Shown in pieces: positions 1 to 7,241 of a stretch of DNA of 54,775 nt. Position numbers and translations under genes: made by a program. This DNA comes from Candidatus Kerfeldbacteria bacterium (GTDB lineage: Bacteria; Patescibacteriota; Patescibacteriia; UBA9570; XYC2-FULL-38-9), in contig JAHBAR020000033.1 in assembly GCA_018500015.2 (NCBI GenBank), forward strand, positions 1 to 54,775, given 5' to 3'. The notes beneath the pieces were generated by a model. The model saw only the letters and a program-made list of their open reading frames with translations, was not told where the DNA came from and did not search any database. Position 1 is the first letter of the stretch. The number at the start of each line of letters is the position of its first letter.

Positions 1-1597
1 TAATGGATTGAGCGCCAGACGCAAGAACCACCGTTGCCTCTGTTGTATCTAAGTTGCCACGGTACACGCGTCCGCCTGTAGAATCAAACGCATAAATGCT
101 TGATCCTAAGAGAGCCATGTGCGAGACGGAAACAGAGGATGCCACAGAGGAGAATTGGATGAGCGGGGTGAGTGCGCCCAACACTTTAACGCCGTTTGCA
201 ATGAGCAACTGCTCGGTAATTTCACTCATGCGTTCACTGATACCTTGGCTGAACTCTTTGGAATCGTTTGGCACACGTTCAACAAGCGCCTTCGCCTCTT
301 GTAATAAGGTTCTTGAGCGATTTTTATCGTACAGCATTGCTGCGCGAGCTTCATTTATTTTGCTATCAGCTTTCGAAAGTGCGGCCGCATACTCTTGTTG
401 TTTTTCTTTGCTGATATTATTGCTCCCCTGATTAAAAATGCCGCTAAGCACAATGACACTCACAACAATAGCAATGAGTACGAACGATTTTTGTATAGTG
501 GTGAGATGCATAAACCACTGTCCAATATTTTTGAGCACTGATTTGAAACGCATGCCAAGCGTCATGCGTGCGTTACGCGCAGTGAGACGAGGGGAGTATG
601 TGGTAGCTTGATTTTTACGTGACGCTTTGCGGATGATAAGCAAAATAAGAGAGCGGATTCCACGTAGTAGTGAAGCGCCAACAACAACACATCCTTCAAG
701 AACTCGTGAAGCAATCATAGCGGCTGTACTTGTACGACCCGGAGTGTGTGCGGTTTTTTGCAAAGATGATTTTACATTTGACCATAGAGAACCGGAAAGC
801 GTTTGGCTTGTTTGATGCTCTTTTGTAAGTAGACGGGACATCGAGTCAGACTCGCGCGTTTCATGTTCCGAATCAAGCTCTTCAGATTTTTCAATATGGT
901 TCAGTGCGGGTTGAATGACGGCGACAGGAGCTTCATCCACTGTTGGAGCAATCACTGCGCACGCAAGAGAGGTGTTTTCGGCAGCCACTAACGCATCCTC
1001 AATGTGCTTTACAATATGTTCTGCGCTCCCTTCACTGAGCACACGACGCAGCTTCTCTTGAGAAAAATAGTCGTAAATACTTTCGGTTGAGAAAAATAGT
1101 CGTGACTCACTTTGTACATCGCCAGCGACCGTATCTTGGAATACTTTTACCGGATTAATAATTTCCAATTTTGCTTTTGTGTGATTTACAAGCTCATTCA
1201 GCTTACCTTTATATAAGAGCAACGCCACAGCACTGCCAACGTGTGCGAAATAGAGATGCTCGCTCACAATGACACCAACCAGTGCATTGAATTGTTGAAG
1301 CCACTCTTCACCAACCGTGCGAGTCATTTCTTGAATTTTTTTATTTGTTTTTTGCAGCGCTACTTCAAATGCAGCTTCCGTTGAAAAATGCTCCGAAGAG
1401 TAGAGTGCGTTGTACAACTCCTCGCCAATCGTTTTCAACATGTCGTCATTACGACTGTCGTTTGATTCAATCTCCAGAACTCCAAAAAGGGTACCGAGAT
1501 TTTTTTGTTCGAGTGGAGTGGGTACGGATTGTAACCAATGGATCGTTGATCGACTGGCATTCCGCGAAATAAGAACGTGCGCAAGAGAGGTGCCCAT
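1..1597 (-). CDS. Partial membrane protein: degenerate PP2C-like N-terminal domain, TM helix, extracellular region (runs off the window edge)
   Basis: Absent from the ORF track because its stop is outside the window. Manual translation from the ATG at 1597 gives MGTSLAHVLISRNAS...LGTLFGVLEI...HLYFAHVGSAVALL...RLFFSTESIYDYFSQEKL, a PP2C-like pattern lacking the metal-binding Asps. TM segment KSFVLIAIVVSVIVLSGIF near 440-490. Confidence 0.65.
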   Translation of the reverse strand, partial: MGTSLAHVLISRNASRSTIHWLQSVPTPLEQKNLGTLFGVLEIESNDSRNDDMLKTIGEELYNALYSSEHFSTEAAFEVALQKTNKKIQEMTRTVGEEWLQQFNALVGVIVSEHLYFAHVGSAVALLLYKGKLNELVNHTKAKLEIINPVKVFQDTVAGDVQSESRLFFSTESIYDYFSQEKLRRVLSEGSAEHIVKHIEDALVAAENTSLACAVIAPTVDEAPVAVIQPALNHIEKSEELDSEHETRESDSMSRLLTKEHQTSQTLSGSLWSNVKSSLQKTAHTPGRTSTAAMIASRVLEGCVVVGASLLRGIRSLILLIIRKASRKNQATTYSPRLTARNARMTLGMRFKSVLKNIGQWFMHLTTIQKSFVLIAIVVSVIVLSGIFNQGSNNISKEKQQEYAAALSKADSKINEARAAMLYDKNRSRTLLQEAKALVERVPNDSKEFSQGISERMSEITEQLLIANGVKVLGALTPLIQFSSVASSVSVSHMALLGSSIYAFDSTGGRVYRGNLDTTEATVVLASGAQSI

Positions 1598-1707
1598 AGA
1601 TAACATTATAAATATCAAAAAAAGTATACAATATATCACTCAAAATAACAATGAAACTCTGAACACCATATTTGATCGAGACTCATGCATGATGTATACT
1701 ACTGTTC

Positions 1708-2265
1708 ATGATTGAGAAACTTTTCGGCTCTCGTTCTCGTGTACGCATTTTGCAGTTATTGATGTTGCATCCCGAACAACGTTTTTATATTCGTGAGATC
1801 GCCCGCATGCTTAATGAACAAATGAACGCTGTACGCCGTGAGTTGAATAATTGCGAGAAGCTTGGGATCGTGACCGCCTCAGAACATCAACGTAAAAAAT
1901 ACTACTCAGTTGCCGCAAATCACAACATGATCCCTTTTTTACGCAATTTGTTGGTAACGGCGCTTTGGACATATGATGAGGCGTATATCAAGGCGCTTAC
2001 TGAGGCCGGCACAGTGAGCGGACTTCTTGTTCTTGGGTTTTTTATGGGTAACCATAATGACGCTCCTGTTGACGTGTGTATCATCGGTGACATTTCTTCT
2101 GATAAGGTGCGTCCATTGGTTGAAGTGTGGGAGAAGGAGCTGCATACGCATTTGCGTTATACCATGATGGCAAAGGATGAATATGCGTACCGTCTTTCTG
2201 TTTCAGACCGTTTTTTGCACAGCATTACTCAAGCGCCGCACATAGAGCTTATTTCACCAAAATAA
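1708..2265 (+). CDS. Winged-helix (ArsR-like) protein with degenerate nucleotidyltransferase-like C-terminal domain
   Basis: LFGSRSRVRILQLL...FYIREIARML...VRRELNNCEKLGIV forms the wHTH; PVDVCIIGD is an NTase-like strand. Confidence 0.7.
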   Translation: MIEKLFGSRSRVRILQLLMLHPEQRFYIREIARMLNEQMNAVRRELNNCEKLGIVTASEHQRKKYYSVAANHNMIPFLRNLLVTALWTYDEAYIKALTEAGTVSGLLVLGFFMGNHNDAPVDVCIIGDISSDKVRPLVEVWEKELHTHLRYTMMAKDEYAYRLSVSDRFLHSITQAPHIELISPK

Positions 2266-2269
2266 ATAT

Positions 2270-2689
2270 ATGCCTTTAGACACACAAGATGTGAATCGTC
2301 GCATCAATACAATCTCTCAACTTGCTATCATTATTGCGATCATTGCTGTTGTTTTTCTTATTGTTCTTTATGCTGTGCTGCGCAATCAACAAGAAGAGAT
2401 GCGTTCAGTAACAAACAATAACGTACATACAGAATCTATTTCCCAAACTCAATTAAGAGCATCAGATACGCAGTATGAAAATACCGTGAGCGCTCTTATA
2501 CAAGAGTATGTGAATGGTACGGCATCCGCACAACAGACAGGTCTAGAGTTAGAAAAGGTTTCTGTGACTTCAGCATATAAAAGCGTTCATGCGCAATTGT
2601 CAGCACTTTTTTTTGGAGTGCTCTCTGATGAGGATAAAAAAGCGCAGCTTATTGAAATGGATCAGCAGTATAGCTGGATGATTCCGTAG
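2270..2689 (+). CDS. Hypothetical single-pass membrane protein
   Basis: N-terminal hydrophobic helix; operonic spacing with neighbours. Confidence 0.7.
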   Translation: MPLDTQDVNRRINTISQLAIIIAIIAVVFLIVLYAVLRNQQEEMRSVTNNNVHTESISQTQLRASDTQYENTVSALIQEYVNGTASAQQTGLELEKVSVTSAYKSVHAQLSALFFGVLSDEDKKAQLIEMDQQYSWMIP

Positions 2690-2692
2690 CAT

Positions 2693-3460
2693 ATGATACT
2701 TGCACGACGCATCCTTCCATTTTTTGCTCCACTCGTCTTCGCGTTAGTGTTTGTCGGTTTGCTTACATCTGTCCACTTGCTTTGGTGGTGGGTGGCTATG
2801 CTTTGTTTATCCGCATGTATATGTTCCGCTTTTTTACTTCAATGGAAAATATTTACCGCGCGTTTTTTTTGGATCACCATGCCGTTGTTGGTGTTGTTGC
2901 TGACAAGCGCGGGAGTGATGGTGATGGTACCAAGCGCCTCTATTCGTATTGCATATGCATGTGTAGCTGTTGTGATGGCCGGTGTCTACATTGAAGATGT
3001 ATTTATTCTTTTTTTTCAAGCACACAAGTATACTCAACTCTCTTTGCCGCAGTTTTGTATTTTTCTCAATGTATGGAGCGCGTATGGTTTGGGTTTGGTG
3101 ATGTTTACAGTGCTGTTGTTACACCTCGCGCCGTTGTGGGTGTTGCTACTCTCGGCCGGTGTCTTTGGTTTGTATATCGGAGGGCACGTGTTGTGGAGTT
3201 TTGCCTTATGGAAAAAAACGCTATGGGTCATACCGCTCATTTCAGTCGCATTAGTGGTTGAGTGTACATGGGTGCTGACGCTCTTGCCGTTCTCATTTAT
3301 TGTGAGCGCATTTTTGCTCTGTATTCTGGTGTATATTTTACTCACATTCATTCAGCTTATTTATCGCAATGCGTTTACGTTTGATACAGTGATGCGCCCA
3401 ACAGTCATTGCTCTTGTTGGGTCAATAGCTATTTTACTCACCACTCGTTGGTTTTATTAA
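2693..3460 (+). CDS. Hypothetical polytopic membrane protein
   Basis: About 8-9 hydrophobic segments. Confidence 0.75.
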   Translation: MILARRILPFFAPLVFALVFVGLLTSVHLLWWWVAMLCLSACICSAFLLQWKIFTARFFWITMPLLVLLLTSAGVMVMVPSASIRIAYACVAVVMAGVYIEDVFILFFQAHKYTQLSLPQFCIFLNVWSAYGLGLVMFTVLLLHLAPLWVLLLSAGVFGLYIGGHVLWSFALWKKTLWVIPLISVALVVECTWVLTLLPFSFIVSAFLLCILVYILLTFIQLIYRNAFTFDTVMRPTVIALVGSIAILLTTRWFY

Positions 3461-3469
3461 TGTGAATTT

Positions 3470-4507
3470 ATGAAACAAGAAGTTGTACCTACATCTCCAA
3501 AATCCACTGAGCGTCATCAACGTTCTCGAGTGTCGTCGCAAACATTTATACCCATTTTTATCGCACTTGCGTTTGGTGTGGCGGGGGGTGTTGTTGGATC
3601 TGTCTACACGCAAAATATTATTCAAAGCATTGAAGATGTCGGAAGCTCTGCATTATTTCGTTTTTCGCGCAGCTCAACGGCATCCACTTCTGCAATGTCT
3701 TCTGTGAACGAGTCTATTGCCTCTGTGTATGTAGGAGGCGATGCCTTATTTTCTCCTGACGCATTTGTTGATTATGCGGTGGTGATGTCTACAGATGGAT
3801 GGTTGGTTCTTTCTGATGAACACGTACGCACAACAGATGGCCTTGTTGTGCGCTTGTATTCCGGCGCAGAGTTGCCTGTCCAAGAGGTGGTACGACGTGT
3901 TGACCTTGGTCTTGTGTATGTGCGCACAAACCGTGTTGATTTACAGCCAATCACTCTTGCACACGCTGATGTAAATGTGGGCTCTCCTGTGACTGCCTAC
4001 GCCTCAACCGCAACGCGTATGATATACGCACAAGAATCGGTGAGCATGTTGCGTCCAATTCCTGAAGTCGCAAGCTCCAACAACTTTGCGCGTAGATTTT
4101 CTGTGAACGGTTCAGTAGATGCGAGCGCACCATTGTTTAATGACAACCATGAGCTCCTTGGATGGCGGCGTGTCAATGGAGAAATTATTCCCGTCTCTTG
4201 GATCGGTTCGGGTTTTGTACGCATTCATGTAGACGATGAAGAGGTTGCGGATATTGCATACACCTCGGTGAATTATGTATCGACATCTGAACGCGCGATT
4301 AAAAAATATCCGGATGCCGGCTGGTTAATTACTCAAGATGTGTTAGGTCTTCAAAAAGATGATGTTGTCACTGCTATTGATGGAGCGGCAATCAACGATG
4401 CAGATGATCTGGCAACGGCTATTGCACAACATATTCCCGGCGCTGAAATTTCGTTGACTATTATCCGCGATGGGGTGACTCAACATGTTTCTATTACGGC
4501 GTGGTAA
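3470..4507 (+). CDS. HtrA/S1C-like trypsin + PDZ protein, probably catalytically inactive
   Basis: TM anchor, AVVMSTDGWLVL, and C-terminal PDZ (GLQKDDVVTAIDG...ISLTIIRDG). GNSGGPL is replaced by VDASAPL. Confidence 0.7.
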   Translation: MKQEVVPTSPKSTERHQRSRVSSQTFIPIFIALAFGVAGGVVGSVYTQNIIQSIEDVGSSALFRFSRSSTASTSAMSSVNESIASVYVGGDALFSPDAFVDYAVVMSTDGWLVLSDEHVRTTDGLVVRLYSGAELPVQEVVRRVDLGLVYVRTNRVDLQPITLAHADVNVGSPVTAYASTATRMIYAQESVSMLRPIPEVASSNNFARRFSVNGSVDASAPLFNDNHELLGWRRVNGEIIPVSWIGSGFVRIHVDDEEVADIAYTSVNYVSTSERAIKKYPDAGWLITQDVLGLQKDDVVTAIDGAAINDADDLATAIAQHIPGAEISLTIIRDGVTQHVSITAW

Positions 4508-4535
4508 TTGACATTGTATTACCCGTTGGTATACT
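4508..4535 (+). promoter_or_regulatory. Sigma70-type promoter
   Basis: TTGACA (4508-4513), 16-nt spacer, TATACT (4530-4535) with an extended TG. Confidence 0.65.
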
Positions 4536-4543
4536 GTATCTAC

Positions 4544-4585
4544 AAGATTGCTCCCACCGACGTTCCGGGAGCAATCTTTTATTTT
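4544..4585 (+). terminator. Hairpin + U tract (terminator or tiny RNA)
   Basis: AAGATTGCTCCC / GGGAGCAATCTT 12-bp stem followed by TTATTTT. Confidence 0.7.
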
Positions 4586-4615
4586 AGACTCTGAAATGGT
4601 ACAGTGTCATCGGGT

Positions 4616-6241
4616 ATGACCATTCAACAACGGATTTTGAAAGATATTACTCATGCCATTGAGCATGCTCGGAAGTTAAAGCGTTGGACGGTGAATGGTA
4701 CAATTCCAGAAGCAGATATAGTCACGTTATCGGGTGGTCATGGCGCAGATTTTTCTTCAACCATCGCATTGCAGTGTGGCCCTGTGCTTGGTATGAGCCC
4801 TCTGCACATTGCTGAGGATATAAAACACTGTTTGCAAGAAGAGTATGTGCAAGTGCAAATCGCACAACCCGGTTTTTTGTATTTTACTCTTTCTGATGCG
4901 CAATGGTTAAGTGCCATTGCCGATATTGAGCACATGGGAGAGAGGTACGGAGTTGAAAGAAAAAAGAGAGAACAGATACTCATCGAATGTATCTCAGCAC
5001 CACTCACACAACCGTTGATGCTAGCACAAGCTCGGAATGTCTATGTTGCCGATGTGCTCGCGCGAGTCTTTGAACGATTAGGGTATCGGGTTATTCGAGA
5101 GTGCGTGCTGCATGATCGTGGCGCGCAAGTGGAGGTTCTTGGAGAGTCTGTGATGCGCAAGTATTTGCACGCACAAGGGATGAATGTACCGTACTCTGAC
5201 GATTTGTTTCAAGGTGAGTATGTTGGAGAGCTTGCGCGCACTATGGATTTGTCGATGGTCAAACGCACCCCTCTCAATAAAATGGAGCAGGCAAAAGCGT
5301 ATGTAAAAACAGAAGCACTCAAAACATTGAATGATCAACTTCATGAGCTGTGTACAGATGGCATGCATTTGTCATGTGATTCGTGGATTTTGGAAAGTGA
5401 ATTGTTGAATGCTGAGAGAACAGAAAAAATTTACAAAAAATTGAAAAGCCGCGATGTCGTGTATGAAGTGCAGGGAACACAATGGGTTCGCACCTCTTCG
5501 TATGGCGATGATAAGGATCGTGAGTATGATGCGAATAGTACCGATGCCGTCTCCGCGTACGTTGAATTGCATCTTCTCCATGATCGTGGTGTTGAGCGAA
5601 AGGTACATCGCACTATCTCTTTTTTAAACGACGAGCGTCACGGATATGAAAAACGATTGAAAGCGCTCGCTCAATTGTTTGGTACAAAGATGGTGCATGA
5701 CACTGTGCGTACACAGATGGTGACGTTTGTGCAGCACGGATATGATATGCGCGTCATTGGGCGCAATGGCGACGGCATTACTCTCAAAGAATACATCGAC
5801 GAAGTAGGGAAAGATGCAGCACGATTTTTTTTCGTGCACTACTCGTACGATGAGCCTGTGCGCATTGATATGGATCTAATGAAAGAAAACTCCGAGCGTA
5901 ATCCGTTGCATGCGTTGCGCGCTGGGTATGATCGACTCACTCAACTCCTCGCACAAGCAGAAAAAGCAGAGCAAGCTGTTGCACAGACACCGATAACTCA
6001 GAGTGAAAAAGTGTTGATGCACGTTGTTTCTCGTTTTTCATCGGTACTTGAACAGTGCGCTCGAACACTCACTGTGCATCATCTCACACAGTACGGAATT
6101 GATCTTTTGCATGTAGTCAATGAGCTTTTAAAAGAATGCGCAGAGCATCAGCCAATGCACGCGCGACATACCCAACTTTTTCGTGTGACATGCACAACAT
6201 TTGAATGCCTTTTTGAAGTTCTTGGGCTACAGAAAAAATAG
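4616..6241 (+). CDS. argS: Arginyl-tRNA synthetase-like protein with degenerate catalytic motifs
   Basis: ArgRS scaffold is present (PGFLYF, YGDDKDR, IDEVGKDAARFFF, DALR-like C-terminus), but HIGH reads MLAQ and KMSKR reads RVIGR. ATG at 4616 follows TGgTACAGT. Confidence 0.75.
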   Translation: MTIQQRILKDITHAIEHARKLKRWTVNGTIPEADIVTLSGGHGADFSSTIALQCGPVLGMSPLHIAEDIKHCLQEEYVQVQIAQPGFLYFTLSDAQWLSAIADIEHMGERYGVERKKREQILIECISAPLTQPLMLAQARNVYVADVLARVFERLGYRVIRECVLHDRGAQVEVLGESVMRKYLHAQGMNVPYSDDLFQGEYVGELARTMDLSMVKRTPLNKMEQAKAYVKTEALKTLNDQLHELCTDGMHLSCDSWILESELLNAERTEKIYKKLKSRDVVYEVQGTQWVRTSSYGDDKDREYDANSTDAVSAYVELHLLHDRGVERKVHRTISFLNDERHGYEKRLKALAQLFGTKMVHDTVRTQMVTFVQHGYDMRVIGRNGDGITLKEYIDEVGKDAARFFFVHYSYDEPVRIDMDLMKENSERNPLHALRAGYDRLTQLLAQAEKAEQAVAQTPITQSEKVLMHVVSRFSSVLEQCARTLTVHHLTQYGIDLLHVVNELLKECAEHQPMHARHTQLFRVTCTTFECLFEVLGLQKK

Positions 6242-6299
6242 AGTAGGTTGATTATTTTGCTGTCTGTGGTAGGGTATTCCTGCTTCAGGAGTTTTCAAG

Positions 6300-7211
6300 A
6301 TGCGCTACATCAAGTGGACGATCTTTGTCCCGGTTCTGATCTTTGGCCTCCTCTTCACTCTTTTTTCCGCAGGTGGGGTGCTCGCATTTAGCCTCCCGTG
6401 GAGGTTGTTCAGGAAGTTGGGGGTTGGCCCTAAAAAGAACCCGGGGTACATCTGGGTGTATGTGTACTACTGGTGGTTGAGGGTTACCCTCTTCTGTCTG
6501 GGCGTCACTGTGCGAATTCGTGCGCCCGTCAATATTCCCGCTGGCGCGATCAGCATCCTGGGTGACCACGGGGCAACTCTGCCTCTTCTGCTTCAGGCCC
6601 TGCACGCTGCGGTGTACTTTCCTTTGCGCGCCAAAATCACAATCAAGGCGCAGCACATGAAGAATCCGATCGGCATCGGTCTATGCGCCATGGATGTCGG
6701 AATGCCGTTGCAGCGAGAAGATCGCGGTATGTCAGTTGGTGTGATTAGTCGTGAGGTTACTGAGCCCTGCACTGGGCTCATCTTCGTGACTGGGACACGT
6801 CCGACGATCAAGAACATCGCGGACGGACGCGCCGCCCTAAAAGAGATGGGCTACGAAGGTGTCGAGAAACTCGAGCATACCCCGGCACCACGTCCGAAAG
6901 GTTCGTGGGCTATGCTGCAAACCCAGCGGGCGGAGACGGTGTATCTGCAACTGGTTGCCAGCTCTGTCGACGATAAGGGCGGTCTTAGCGCTCTGGTCGA
7001 TCTGATGTTCGGAGGCGCCATCTTCGTCACATATGAGAAGATGACCGTTCAACGCTCGGATTTTCAAGAGTTTGCGAACACCTTGGTGCGCTACTGGCTG
7101 AAGAGGGTCAATCCCTGGATCGGCGAGAAGCGTGCCTTCTGGGGAAGCCTCTCGCCTAGTCAGCGGCGGGAGGAGCTCTTCAAGTCCCTGCGTACGATCC
7201 TTCGGGGGTAG
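6300..7211 (+). CDS. PlsC-like acyltransferase family protein (divergent)
   Basis: N-terminal TM, ILGDHGATLP (NHxSxxD-like) and LIFVTGTRP (FPEGTR-like). Higher GC than the flanks; has an AGGAG SD. Confidence 0.6.
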   Translation: MRYIKWTIFVPVLIFGLLFTLFSAGGVLAFSLPWRLFRKLGVGPKKNPGYIWVYVYYWWLRVTLFCLGVTVRIRAPVNIPAGAISILGDHGATLPLLLQALHAAVYFPLRAKITIKAQHMKNPIGIGLCAMDVGMPLQREDRGMSVGVISREVTEPCTGLIFVTGTRPTIKNIADGRAALKEMGYEGVEKLEHTPAPRPKGSWAMLQTQRAETVYLQLVASSVDDKGGLSALVDLMFGGAIFVTYEKMTVQRSDFQEFANTLVRYWLKRVNPWIGEKRAFWGSLSPSQRREELFKSLRTILRG

Positions 7212-7231
7212 GTCGTACGCGTCGTTTTTTT
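7190..7231 (+). terminator. Intrinsic terminator
   Basis: GCGTACGATC / GGTCGTACGC stem followed by a T run. Confidence 0.55.
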
Positions 7232-7241
7232 ATAGCGACTT

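Noticed and set aside
96-1715. Short plus-strand ORFs here and the many overlapping or antisense ORFs across the track
   Set aside because: They are shadows of longer, motif-bearing genes, here the minus-strand gene starting at 1597.
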